Source: an uncultured Clostridia bacterium (GTDB taxonomy: Bacteria; Bacillota; Clostridia; TANB77; CAG-508). From it: 64,000 nt of DNA. A program made the translations under genes and the position numbers. The notes beneath the pieces are model-generated. The model did not search any database. It was not told the origin of the DNA and worked only from the letters and a program-made list of their open reading frames with translations. The first letter of the stretch is position 1, and the number at the start of each line of letters is the position of its first letter. The stretch covers positions 1,437 through 65,436 of the forward strand of contig CAKOVX010000002.1 of the NCBI GenBank assembly GCA_934122155.1, read 5' to 3'. Positions 51,546-61,830 of the stretch are shown here, piece after piece.

Positions 51546-52358
51546 TTATCTTTGAAAATCATCTAAAGTTCTAAACTCATATCCCATTTTTTTAATTTCT
51601 TTAATACAATAGTCTAATATATTGCTATTATCTTTTGAAGTTGCATGTAATAGCATAACTGCTCCTGGATGTATATTCTTTAAAACCATTTTTTTGCCAT
51701 AGTCTTCTCTTCCTTGTTTATTTTTGTCCCAATCATCATAAGCAAAACTCCACATAACTGTTTTGTATCCTAATGTATTAGTATATGCAACTGTTCTTTC
51801 ACTATATTCTCCTTTTGGTGGGCGAATATATTTCATTTCATAATTGAACTTTTGATAAACTGCTGTGTGTAATTCCATTACTTCTTTTTGTATTTGTTCA
51901 TTTGTTAAATCTGGCATACTTTTGTGATTTACTGTGTGATTTCCAACAGTATGGCCTTCATCTAGCATTTGTTTTACTAAATTTGATGCTGTATTCAAAT
52001 AATGAGCTGTTATAAAAAATGTAGCTGGAACCTGGTTTTCTTTTAATACTGCTAATATTTTTGGTGTATAACCTGCTTCATATCCATTGTCAAAAGTAAG
52101 GTATACATATTTTGAATTCTTGTTTCCAATAGCAATTCCATCATATTTGTCTATTATTCTTTTGTTTACACTTCCCAAGTCTGGTTGTTCATTGTTATTA
52201 GCTCTTTTTATTCCCCATCCAATTTTTTTCTCACTTGTTACATTAGCACTAGTTTGAACTGTTTTATTAAAGTTAGTTACAGATATTGAAAATATAAATG
52301 CTATTAATATAAAAGATATAATTATAATGACGTTTGATTTTCCTTTCATTTTTTGCAT
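51546..52358 (-). CDS. polysaccharide deacetylase-family sporulation protein (PdaA/PdaB-like)
   Basis: NodB motifs TFDNGY and HTVNH; signal-anchor. Confidence 0.85.
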   Translation of the reverse strand: MQKMKGKSNVIIIISFILIAFIFSISVTNFNKTVQTSANVTSEKKIGWGIKRANNNEQPDLGSVNKRIIDKYDGIAIGNKNSKYVYLTFDNGYEAGYTPKILAVLKENQVPATFFITAHYLNTASNLVKQMLDEGHTVGNHTVNHKSMPDLTNEQIQKEVMELHTAVYQKFNYEMKYIRPPKGEYSERTVAYTNTLGYKTVMWSFAYDDWDKNKQGREDYGKKMVLKNIHPGAVMLLHATSKDNSNILDYCIKEIKKMGYEFRTLDDFQR

Positions 52359-52559
52359 TCCTCCATTCTTTATCGTAATTTCTATTTACTCGACATTGAC
52401 ATTTTATAAAATTTAGCTTGACAATATAATTTATTTGAATTATATTTAATATTAGACGTCTGGAAATTTTTAGGTAATTTTATGTTATTTTGTCGAATTA
52501 CTACATTACGATTCTATCACCTTTTTATATTTATATATATTATATGGAGGTAAAATATA

Positions 52560-53266
52560 TGTTAGATTTTGTACTATGTGATGACAACTTTAATGTGCTA
52601 AATAAATTAGAAAAAACATTAGAAACAATTTTTATTGATAAGAATTTTGATGCACGTATTGTTCTTAGTACAACAGCCCCTGAAGAGTTAATTAATTTTA
52701 TGAAACACAACACTGCTCAAGTAGTAATATTAGATATTGATTTAAGATCAAATATTTCAGGGTTAGATCTAGCAAATATGATTCGTAACAAGGATAAAAA
52801 TATTTATATTATTTTTACTACCGGTCATCTAGAATATGGACTAATGGCTTATAAGTACAAAACATTTGATTACATACCTAAGCCTATTACTAGAGAACGT
52901 TTAGAAGATACTATTACTAGACTGTTTGAAGATGTATCTGGTTGCCAAACCGATTTTATAAGATTAGATAATAATAAAACCATAATTAAGCAAGATTCTA
53001 TTCAATACATACAAAAAGATGGAATGAAAACTATATTTTATACAGACACACGTGAATATGAAACAAATAGTTCATTTAAAGCTATTATGCAACAGCTGCC
53101 TGAACAATTTATGCAATGTCATAAATCCTATATTGTAAATACTAGCAAAATTGCTAGTATAGATTCTTCAAATAATACTATTGTATTAAATACAGCAGAT
53201 AAAAACAGCAAATGTTTTATTGGTCCAAAATATAAAAATAAACTTATGGAGGTTTTTAATCATTAA
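52560..53266 (+). CDS. agrA: LytTR-family response regulator (AgrA-like)
   Basis: Receiver domain plus LytTR DNA-binding domain; GGAGG RBS before the ATG at 52560; the ORF-track start at 52490 lacks an RBS. Confidence 0.85.
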
Positions 53267-53291
53267 CATTTTCCAAACAATCTGGACAGCA

Positions 53292-54617
53292 ATGACAACG
53301 CAGAATGAAATGGCATCAATAATAGTATTCTTTCCAATGTACTTTATTGATACTTTTGTAAACATGCTATTTTTCACAACTGTTTTTAACATTTCTTCTT
53401 CTAAAAAATCTAAAATTATTTATGTAATATGTATGGGTCTAATAGCCTTTTCATCTAGAACTTTTATACCAGATCCTTATGGTACATTTATTAATATGAT
53501 CTCTATTATACTTTTAATTAAATTCATTTTGAAAACTACTTGGTTAAAATCTTTCTTATCAGAATTTGTAGTAGTTGTATTAAGTATTATCTTAGAGCTA
53601 TTTTTACAAAAATTCTGTTTAGAAGTTCTTCAGATTTCATATAATTCAATAATGTACGTTCCAATATATAGATGTGGTCTTGCTTTAATAATTTATACTT
53701 TAGTTTATATCCTATATAGAATAATCAAATATTTTAAATTTTCTATTGACTTAGAAAATATGACTAAGAAAAACAAAGTTTTATTCATATTGAATTCTAT
53801 TTTAGGTATTATTGCCATTGCAACTCAAATATACTTAATGGCTTTTTATAGTAGTAATATGCCAATTATAATCACTTTGGTAAGTATTGTAAGTCTACTA
53901 GCATATTTCTTCATTAGTATATACAACATGTTAAGTATTAATAAGTTAAATACCACAACTAGAGATTTAGAAGAAGCTCAGTTATATAATAAAACTTTAA
54001 CAATTTTACATGATAGTATTAGAGGTTTTAAACATGATTTTCACAATATTGTTCAAGGCATTGGTGGTTATGCTGATAGAGGAGACTTAGAAGGTTTAAA
54101 GAAATATTATAAACAACTTATGTTAGATTGTAGTCGTACAAATAATTTAACAGCATTAAATCCTGAAGTTATAAATAATCCTGCTATTTACAATATTATG
54201 GCTACAAAATATCATAAAGCAGATGAAATTGGTGTACAAATTAACTTAGGCATTTTTATGGATCTGAATGAAATTGAAAAACATATGAAGATTTATGAAT
54301 TTACTAGAATTTTAGGTATACTTTTAGATAATGCTATTGAAGCTGCTTCTGAATGTGATGAAAAAGTAATTCATGTAAGTTTTAGAAAAGAAGAAAATAG
54401 ACATCGTTTACTTATGATTATAGAAAATACATATAAAAATAAAGATGTTGATATAGATAAAATTTTTGAAAAAGATTTTTCTACCAAATCAAAGAAGACT
54501 AATAGTGGACTTGGTTTGTGGGAAGTTAGACAAGTATTAAAGAAAAACAATAACCTAAATTTATATACTACTAAAAATGAAGAATTCTTTTCTCAACAAC
54601 TTGAAATATATTTTTAA
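53292..54617 (+). CDS. agrC: AgrC-like (HPK10) membrane sensor histidine kinase
   Basis: Six to seven TM helices, HDFHNIVQGI H-box, GHKL ATPase; start is approximate because the ORF overlaps the agrA end. Confidence 0.8.
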   Translation: MTTQNEMASIIVFFPMYFIDTFVNMLFFTTVFNISSSKKSKIIYVICMGLIAFSSRTFIPDPYGTFINMISIILLIKFILKTTWLKSFLSEFVVVVLSIILELFLQKFCLEVLQISYNSIMYVPIYRCGLALIIYTLVYILYRIIKYFKFSIDLENMTKKNKVLFILNSILGIIAIATQIYLMAFYSSNMPIIITLVSIVSLLAYFFISIYNMLSINKLNTTTRDLEEAQLYNKTLTILHDSIRGFKHDFHNIVQGIGGYADRGDLEGLKKYYKQLMLDCSRTNNLTALNPEVINNPAIYNIMATKYHKADEIGVQINLGIFMDLNEIEKHMKIYEFTRILGILLDNAIEAASECDEKVIHVSFRKEENRHRLLMIIENTYKNKDVDIDKIFEKDFSTKSKKTNSGLGLWEVRQVLKKNNNLNLYTTKNEEFFSQQLEIYF

Positions 54618-54624
54618 AAATTCA

Positions 54625-54665
54625 AAAAAGAGGTACCTGAGCAAACTCAATACCTCTTTTTTGTT
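54625..54665. terminator. bidirectional terminator between agrC and agrD
   Basis: aagaggta...tacctctt hairpin with runs on both sides. Confidence 0.6.
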
Positions 54666-54709
54666 CGTCGTTTTAAGGAAATATTTATATAATTATTTTG
54701 ACTTCAGGA

Positions 54710-54829
54710 CTAGTCTTTTTTAATTAAAGATGCAGGCATTTTTGGTTGATGGATAAGCCCCAAAACAAAGCATGCAGTATTTGTAGATTTTGCATATTTT
54801 TCTGCTAATTTAGCTAATAATTTTACCAT
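54710..54829 (-). CDS. agrD: AgrD autoinducing-peptide precursor (39 aa)
   Basis: MVKLLAKLAEKYAKSTNTACFVLGLIHQPKMPASLIKKD; GGAGGA RBS 7 nt upstream; directly downstream of agrB; Cys followed by an HQP..P.SL motif like clostridial AgrD; under 60 aa so absent from the ORF track. Confidence 0.65.
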   Translation of the reverse strand: MVKLLAKLAEKYAKSTNTACFVLGLIHQPKMPASLIKKD

Positions 54830-54893
54830 TTTAAAATCCTCCTTATATTTTTATTTTTCTATTATAAACATTGCCGGCCAATGTATTACAATC

Positions 54894-55514
54894 TTAAATT
54901 GTTTCTTCTGCATATACTTCGTAGCCATGTTTGTTATTTGTTAGTTTATATGAAATAGGTAGTACTGTTAAATTTTGTAAAAACATTCCGTAAATTATCA
55001 TGTATGAAAATTGTTTATATGGGCTAAATATTATAATTGAGAGTAAAATAACTAATGCAACATAAGCTTTTATCTTTTTAATTTTTCTTTCTTTTTTACT
55101 TAATATTGGCATATTTTCTGTGTCTGCTGGAGCATATTTAGTAATTATAAATATACTAAATATTGCTATAATTCCTGCAAAAATGTATATAATAAATTCT
55201 TGAGAAAATTGTATATATTGAGATAATATTATTGGTCCTAGATATAAAATGCTTGTTGTAATCATACAACCTAAATGAGTTTTTAAATGAAAGCCTCCTG
55301 TAAAACTTCTATATGGAGATATTAGAGAAAATAACAATATAGTTTGCCACCCCATATTTAGTAAAAATCCGATGATAAATAATATTAAAACTTTAGGTAA
55401 CTCACCAAAAATTAGCTTAATTCCAAAATTAATAATTAATTCTCTTTCTTCATCAATGTCTGGCATTTTTGCTTTTATTTTTTCTGTTATCCAATCACAA
55501 AATTTATCTATCAT
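54894..55514 (-). CDS. agrB: accessory gene regulator protein B (AgrD-processing membrane peptidase)
   Basis: About 200-aa polytopic protein with conserved His and Cys (FHLKTHLGC). Confidence 0.85.
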   Translation of the reverse strand: MIDKFCDWITEKIKAKMPDIDEERELIINFGIKLIFGELPKVLILFIIGFLLNMGWQTILLFSLISPYRSFTGGFHLKTHLGCMITTSILYLGPIILSQYIQFSQEFIIYIFAGIIAIFSIFIITKYAPADTENMPILSKKERKIKKIKAYVALVILLSIIIFSPYKQFSYMIIYGMFLQNLTVLPISYKLTNNKHGYEVYAEETI

Positions 55515-55682
55515 TTTTCTTTTCCTCTTTCTTTGTTATCTGTATTCTATAACTTTAATTCACAAAAAAATAAAAACTTTATAAAAATATCAAAATCACA
55601 TGCGAAAAATGTCGTTTTTTGTTTTGTGTGCATTTTTAATATTTTCATAAAGTTTAGTTCAATTTTACAAATATAACTCTAT

Positions 55683-56369
55683 TTATAGTTGAATATCTTT
55701 TAATATTGCCCAGCTTCCAAGCATTTGAGGTATATCTTTAAATTCCATCAACTCATTTGTAATAGGATGATATAGTTTTAACTCATATGCCCAAAGTGCA
55801 ATTTGTTTTCCATGACCTCTTCCACCATATTTTTGGTCTCCATATATACTATGGTTTCTACTAGATAGTTGAACTCTAATTTGATGGTGTCTGCCTGTAT
55901 GCAAATTTATTTTTAAAACTGATAAATTTAATTCTTCATCATATTTTAAAACTTCATAATCTAATATTGCTAGTTTACTATTTTTTTTTTCCTCTTTTAC
56001 AACTTTACTCATATTAGCTTTTTCATTTTTTAATAGGTAATCTTGTAAAGTTCCCTTTGGTTCTTCCATTTTTCCATTTGCTATTACTAAATATGTTTTT
56101 TGAAATTGCTTTTCTCTCACTTGGTTACTTAGTCTTCCTGCTGCTTTTGAAGTTTTAGCAAATACCATTACTCCACCAACTGGTCTATCAAGCCTATGTA
56201 CTAAGCCTAAATATACATTGCCTGGTTTATTATATTTTTCTTTTAAATATGCTTTTATTATTGTAAGCATATCTATATCTCCAGTTTTGTCTGCCTGTGA
56301 TGGTATGTTTACTGGTTTTTCTACTACTATTATATGGTTATCTTCAAATATTACTTTTAAATTTTGCAT
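55683..56369 (-). CDS. RluA-family pseudouridine synthase
   Basis: HRLDRPVGG catalytic motif. Confidence 0.9.
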   Translation of the reverse strand: MQNLKVIFEDNHIIVVEKPVNIPSQADKTGDIDMLTIIKAYLKEKYNKPGNVYLGLVHRLDRPVGGVMVFAKTSKAAGRLSNQVREKQFQKTYLVIANGKMEEPKGTLQDYLLKNEKANMSKVVKEEKKNSKLAILDYEVLKYDEELNLSVLKINLHTGRHHQIRVQLSSRNHSIYGDQKYGGRGHGKQIALWAYELKLYHPITNELMEFKDIPQMLGSWAILKDIQL

Positions 56370-57233
56370 TTAATTCTCCCATCTTCCATAAATTCCGCAT
56401 GGTAAAACCATTTTTGAGTTAGTCATTGGAAGACCTATTTCTCCATTTGATACTTTTCCTTTATATTTTTTTGATATTGTAAGTTCCAAAATATTTTGCA
56501 AAACTGTGCTTGATATTCCGGTTGTATATGAATTGATTAAGAAAAATAATGGCTTGTCTGATAATACTTGTGCACATAAATTTACAAGCTCTGGTAAGTT
56601 TTCTTCAAACTTCCAAACTTCTCCATTTGCACCTCTTCCATAAGATGGTGGATCCATAATTATTGCATCATATTTGTTGCCTCTACGAATTTCTCTATTT
56701 ACAAATTTAATAACATCATCAACAATATATCTAACAGGTCTATCTTGTAGTCCTGAAGCTTGTATGTTTTCTTTTGCCCATGCTACCATTCCTTTTGAGC
56801 TATCCACATGACAAACTTGAGCACCAGCATAGCTACATGCTACTGTTGCTCCTCCTGTATATGCAAATAGGTTTAATACTTTTATTTCTCTATTTGCTTT
56901 TTGAATTTTTTCTATCATCCAGTCCCAATTAACTGCTTGTTCTGGAAATAAGCCAGTGTGTTTAAATCCCATTGGTTTTATATTAAATGTTAAGTTTTTG
57001 TATTTAATTTGCCATGATTCTGGCATTTTTTTATTATACTCCCATTTTCCACCGCCTGTTGAGCTTCTATGGTATTTGGCATTGACATTTTTCCATTTTT
57101 CTGGAAAGCTTTTTTGTGTCCATATTATTTGTGGGTCTGGTCTTACTAAAATAACATTTTTCCATCTTTCTAGTTTTTCGCCATTTGCCATGTCTAATAT
57201 TTCGTAATCTTGCCAATCTTTTGCTACATTCAT
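56370..57233 (-). CDS. class I SAM-dependent (rRNA) methyltransferase, RlmI-like
   Basis: LNLFAYTGGATV SAM motif and DPPSY motif; start taken at the ATG at 57233 with an AGGAAGGA RBS; the ORF-track TTG start at 57335 has no RBS. Confidence 0.7.
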   Translation of the reverse strand: MNVAKDWQDYEILDMANGEKLERWKNVILVRPDPQIIWTQKSFPEKWKNVNAKYHRSSTGGGKWEYNKKMPESWQIKYKNLTFNIKPMGFKHTGLFPEQAVNWDWMIEKIQKANREIKVLNLFAYTGGATVACSYAGAQVCHVDSSKGMVAWAKENIQASGLQDRPVRYIVDDVIKFVNREIRRGNKYDAIIMDPPSYGRGANGEVWKFEENLPELVNLCAQVLSDKPLFFLINSYTTGISSTVLQNILELTISKKYKGKVSNGEIGLPMTNSKMVLPCGIYGRWEN

Positions 57234-57300
57234 TTCTAAATATCCTTCCTCTTCTCTATATTCAATTTTATCATATTTTAGTACTTTGCTATGTAATATT

Positions 57301-57434
57301 ATACTTTTCGCAGTGACAGCTGTGGGGACCAGCAAGCTAGAAGGCGTTACTAAATTTTTTCAAATCATTATAAATGTTTGCAAAAAATTGTTGTTATGCC
57401 TTCTTGCGTAGCTGGGATGGAACGAAGAAAAGTA
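57301..57434. repeat. GC-rich imperfect palindromic element with an AT-rich loop
   Basis: Arms 57309..57347 and 57396..57428 pair imperfectly, with an outer tacttttc/gaaaagta pairing; shares the 10-mer tttcgcagtg and ggaacga with the 40.6-kb element. Confidence 0.35.
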
Positions 57435-57439
57435 TAATA

Positions 57440-57652
57440 TTACACAGTTCTATTTAAAATATGCATAAAATTTGTAACTAACATCACATCCATAACTACA
57501 AATGTTAAAAATATTGCTAATGCAATTACTGCTAATTTATGTTTTTTAATTTTTTGCACCAACTTGCTTGTCCACTTTGGTGCCTTCAAACGTAAAGTAT
57601 TGCTACTTTCATCATAACGTATATTTAAAATTAAATCTTTTGTGTACTCCAT
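57440..57652 (-). CDS. hypothetical small protein with a C-terminal TM helix
   Basis: 70-aa ORF; weak. Confidence 0.35.
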   Translation of the reverse strand: MEYTKDLILNIRYDESSNTLRLKAPKWTSKLVQKIKKHKLAVIALAIFLTFVVMDVMLVTNFMHILNRTV

Positions 57653-57739
57653 AAAATAAAATCCTCCTAATATATTTTCTAATAATATATATTCACATAT
57701 TCAGATTTTATGTTAAAAATCGTAACACAAATTATTACA

Positions 57740-59533
57740 TTATTCGCTTAATTTCTGCTTTATACTTTTAGCTAACTTTTCTGTAATTCCTGATACTTCT
57801 GTCAACTCTTCTATGCTAGCATTTTGTATGTTGTTTATAGTTTTAAATTTCTTTAACAAAACTTTTTTCTTTGCTTCTCCTATTCCGTCTACTTCGTCTA
57901 AAACTGAATGTGTTGTTTGTTTATCTCTTAATTGTCTATGATAATTTATTGCTGTATCATGTATGTTATCTTGAAAGTTTGTAATTACTTTCATTAAATT
58001 TTCAGATAATTCAAATTCATTTTTGTTTTCGTCTATAAGTGCCCTTGTGCTATGCTTATCGTCTTTTACCATTCCATATACAGGTATAGATAGGCCAAGT
58101 TCTTTAATTGCTTGTTTAGTTGCTCTTATTTGTGTAACTCCACCATCTGCAAATATTACATCTGGGAAGTTACCAAATGCTCCATTTGGGTTATCTATGG
58201 AATGAAGTAGCCTTCTCTTTACAACTTCTTGCATACATTTAGGGTCATCCTGACCTATTACTGTTTTAATTTTAAATTTCCTTGATAAATTCTTTTTTAG
58301 CTCTCCATCTTTTAATACACACATTGATGCAACCATAAATTGCCCTGATAAATTTGATATATCATACCCCTCAATTTTTCTAGGTAATTTATCTAATTTT
58401 AGCACTTCTTTTAGCTCATTTACAACACTATATTTTTCTTTTTCTTTGTTCATTATAGTAATTTTAGCATTGTTCTCTGCCATTTCAACTAATCTTAATT
58501 TTTCACCTTTTTGAGGTACTTTTATTTCTACCTTATGACTTGATTTTTCTGAAAGTAATTGCTCTAATACCTCTTTATCTTCAATCGCTTCTTTTATCAT
58601 AATTTTATTTGGCAAAAACACATCATTTATATAATATTGTTTAATAAAACTTGATAATATCTCTGCATCTGATTCGTCTTGCAAGCCTTCAAAAAAGTAA
58701 TGATGTCTTTCTATCATTTTACTATTACGAATTAAAAATATTTCGACACATACTTGAGTTTGTCCTTTAGCTATTCCTATTACATCAATATCATGTTCTG
58801 ATATATTAGAAACCTTTTGTCTTTCTTCTGTAATTCTTTGAATAGCATATTTTTTATCTCTTAATTCTGCTGCCTTTTCAAATTCTAGTTTGTCTGCCGC
58901 TTCTTTAATATCTTTATCAAGTTCTTTCATTATTTGGTTTGTGTTGCCCTCTAACAAGCTGATAATTTGATTTATTTCTTTTCTATAATCTTCTTTTGAA
59001 ATTTTGCCAATACAAGGTCCAGAGCATTTTTTAATATGATAATTTAAACATGCTCTACCTTTATATTTAAAAGTTTTACATTGTCTAATTTTATATTTTG
59101 AATTTATAAAGTCTAGCATTGCTTTTGCACTGCCACTATTTGCATATGGTCCAAAATATCTTGCACCATCATTTAGTATTCTTCTAGTTAAGTATATATT
59201 GGGGAATTCTAGCTTTGTGTTTACTTTAATATATGGGTATGTTTTATCATCTTTTAATAAAACATTAAACTTTGGCATATTCTTTTTTATCAAGTTACAC
59301 TCTAAAATAAGTGCCTCTGATTCATTGTCTGTAACAATATACTCAAAGTGATCTATTAAAGACACCATATTTTCAATTCTTTTTGTTTTATTATTTTTTC
59401 TAAAATATTGCCTTACCCTATTTTTTAAAGAAATTGCTTTACCAACATATATAATCTTATCATCTTTGTCATGCATAATATATACACCTGGTTTGCTAGG
59501 CAACTTTTTTAGTTCTTCTTCTATATTAAACAC
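57740..59533 (-). CDS. uvrC: excinuclease ABC subunit C
   Basis: GIY-YIG N-terminus (GVYIMHDKDDKIIYVGKA); C-terminal HhH. Confidence 0.95.
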   Translation of the reverse strand: MFNIEEELKKLPSKPGVYIMHDKDDKIIYVGKAISLKNRVRQYFRKNNKTKRIENMVSLIDHFEYIVTDNESEALILECNLIKKNMPKFNVLLKDDKTYPYIKVNTKLEFPNIYLTRRILNDGARYFGPYANSGSAKAMLDFINSKYKIRQCKTFKYKGRACLNYHIKKCSGPCIGKISKEDYRKEINQIISLLEGNTNQIMKELDKDIKEAADKLEFEKAAELRDKKYAIQRITEERQKVSNISEHDIDVIGIAKGQTQVCVEIFLIRNSKMIERHHYFFEGLQDESDAEILSSFIKQYYINDVFLPNKIMIKEAIEDKEVLEQLLSEKSSHKVEIKVPQKGEKLRLVEMAENNAKITIMNKEKEKYSVVNELKEVLKLDKLPRKIEGYDISNLSGQFMVASMCVLKDGELKKNLSRKFKIKTVIGQDDPKCMQEVVKRRLLHSIDNPNGAFGNFPDVIFADGGVTQIRATKQAIKELGLSIPVYGMVKDDKHSTRALIDENKNEFELSENLMKVITNFQDNIHDTAINYHRQLRDKQTTHSVLDEVDGIGEAKKKVLLKKFKTINNIQNASIEELTEVSGITEKLAKSIKQKLSE

Positions 59534-59697
59534 CTTTATTTTTCCCCCTTAGCATAATATATATTTTAGCATATTTTACTGTATTTTACAAGCTAACTTA
59601 TATGTGCATAAAAGAATTAAAATTTGACACATTTTGCGTTTTATAGTAATATATTAACATTAGGAATACAGATTAAAAAAATATTACATAGGAGGGT

Positions 59698-59880
59698 TAG
59701 TTTAGTTTTAGCGCCAGGACAGTTTTTATTTACTGTTGACGAGGTTAGAGCTTATCGAAAGACTCGGCGGATGGCTCTATGGCATGCGTTACTGTCATTA
59801 CATATTAGCAAAAAATTATAGTAATATAATATAACAAATCTAATATGAGTACGCTTTAATTTGTATACCTTACTTTAAGC
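59698..59880 (+). ncRNA. glmS ribozyme (GlcN6P-responsive self-cleaving riboswitch)
   Basis: Conserved core AGCGCCAGGAC...GACGAGG...UUAUCGAA...CGGCGGAUGGC immediately upstream of glmS; a TTGACA-17-TAATAT promoter lies at 59622..59650. Confidence 0.9.
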
Positions 59881-59899
59881 TTTAAGGAGGTATATTTTT

Positions 59900-61732
59900 A
59901 TGTGTGGCATTATAGGTTATATAGGAGATAGAAAGGCCACTCCAGTTTTAATAAATGGTTTATTATGTTTAGAATATAGAGGTTATGACTCTGCTGGTAT
60001 TGCTGTTATTGAAGATGGCAAAATTGCTGTAATGAAGGATAAAGGAAGAGTTGCAAATTTAAGTTCTCTTCCTGGCATTGATGATTTAGCTTCTACTATT
60101 GGTATTGCTCATACAAGATGGGCAACTCATGGAAAACCTGCAAAGGAAAATGCACATCCACATTTAGATAATAGCGGAGAATTTGCAGTAGTTCATAATG
60201 GTATTATTGAAAATTACAATGAATTAAGAGAATTTTTAACATCTAAAGGGTATCACTTTTTATCACAAACAGACACAGAGATGATTCCTAATTTAATTCA
60301 TTATTATTACACAAATGGTATAAATGATGATGACAAATTCTTAAGAGCTGTTAAGTCTGCTGTTGATGATTTAAAAGGAAGTTATGCATTAGAAATTATT
60401 TCTAGCTTACATCCTGACAGAGTTATTGTTGTTAGAAAAGATAGTCCTTTAGTTTTAGGAAAAGGAAATGGTGAAAACTTTATTGCATCAGATATTCCTG
60501 CTGCTTTAAAATATACAAAGGAATTCTATTTGTTAGATGACCAAGAATATGCTGTTGTTTATAAAGATCATATTGATTTTTATGATAATAGCCTAACTCC
60601 TCACAGCAAAGCTGTTAAAAATATTGAATGGGATGCTACTGCTGCTGAGAAAAATGGTTATGAAGATTATATGTTAAAAGAAATATTTGAGCAACCAAAT
60701 GCAATTCGTGAGACTATTGGCTCAAGATTTAAACTTGGCGAAAAATGTAGTTTTGATGATATTGATATTTCAAAAGATTATTTGAAAAGTATTAATAAAA
60801 TATATATTGTTGCATGTGGTACAGCTATGCATGCCGGATTAGTTGGTAAAACTGCAATTGAAAAACTTTGCAGAATTCCTACCGTAGTTGATATTGCATC
60901 TGAGTTTCGTTACCGTGACCCTATTATAGATGATAAAACACTTTGCATATATATTAGTCAATCTGGTGAAACTGCTGATACTATTGCAGCTTTAAAACTT
61001 GCTAAAGCAAAAGGTGCAAGAACATTAGCTGTTTCAAATGTAATTGGAAGTTCAATTACTCGTGAAGCAGACTATACAATTTACACACATGCAGGTCCTG
61101 AAATTGCCGTTGCTTCTACAAAAGCATATACTTCACAAGTTGTTTTAATGGTAATTTTGGCTATGTATTTTGCTGAAATTTTAGGCACTTGTGACAATAT
61201 TGAATGTTTAAAAGCAGATATTTTAGATTTGCCTTCTAAAATAGAGTCTATACTTAACGAAACAAATAATATTAAAGAGTTTGCTAATAAAGTATATACT
61301 GAACATGATATGTACTTTTTAGGTAGAGGTACTGATTATAATGTTGCAATGGAGGGCTCTTTAAAATTAAAAGAAATTTCATACATTCATTCTGAGGCAT
61401 ATGCTTCAGGCGAATTAAAACATGGGCCTATTGCTCTAATTGAAAACGGTATAACTGTAATTAGTATTTTAACAGATCCTAATTTAGTTGAAAAATCTAT
61501 TAGTAATATTCAAGAGGTTATAACAAGAGGTGCTAAAACATTAGTTATTACAAATCAAAAATTATCAAATAATTCGTTTAATTATGTTATAAATATCCCT
61601 GAAACTAATAGCCTAATTTCACCTATTCTTTCAGTTATTCCACTTCAATTGCTTTCTTACTACATTGCTAAAAATAAAGGATTAGATGTTGATAAACCAA
61701 GAAATTTAGCTAAATCAGTTACAGTTGAGTAG
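59900..61732 (+). CDS. glmS: glutamine--fructose-6-phosphate aminotransferase
   Basis: MCGIIGY N-terminal nucleophile; two SIS domains; 610 aa. Confidence 0.97.
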   Translation: MCGIIGYIGDRKATPVLINGLLCLEYRGYDSAGIAVIEDGKIAVMKDKGRVANLSSLPGIDDLASTIGIAHTRWATHGKPAKENAHPHLDNSGEFAVVHNGIIENYNELREFLTSKGYHFLSQTDTEMIPNLIHYYYTNGINDDDKFLRAVKSAVDDLKGSYALEIISSLHPDRVIVVRKDSPLVLGKGNGENFIASDIPAALKYTKEFYLLDDQEYAVVYKDHIDFYDNSLTPHSKAVKNIEWDATAAEKNGYEDYMLKEIFEQPNAIRETIGSRFKLGEKCSFDDIDISKDYLKSINKIYIVACGTAMHAGLVGKTAIEKLCRIPTVVDIASEFRYRDPIIDDKTLCIYISQSGETADTIAALKLAKAKGARTLAVSNVIGSSITREADYTIYTHAGPEIAVASTKAYTSQVVLMVILAMYFAEILGTCDNIECLKADILDLPSKIESILNETNNIKEFANKVYTEHDMYFLGRGTDYNVAMEGSLKLKEISYIHSEAYASGELKHGPIALIENGITVISILTDPNLVEKSISNIQEVITRGAKTLVITNQKLSNNSFNYVINIPETNSLISPILSVIPLQLLSYYIAKNKGLDVDKPRNLAKSVTVE

Positions 61733-61761
61733 CTTTTATAAAATATAAATATTAATTTAAA

Positions 61762-61826
61762 GGTGCTGATATAATACTTTTTTCCACGAAACCACACTTC
61801 AAAAAAGTATTATATCAGCACCTTTA
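61762..61826. terminator. bidirectional terminator, 25-bp perfect hairpin
   Basis: aaaggtgctgatataatactttttt / aaaaaagtattatatcagcaccttt between convergent glmS and bofA. Confidence 0.7.
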
Positions 61827-61830
61827 TTTT

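Noticed and set aside
59624-59821. 65-aa plus-strand ORF upstream of glmS
   Set aside because: It coincides with the glmS ribozyme.
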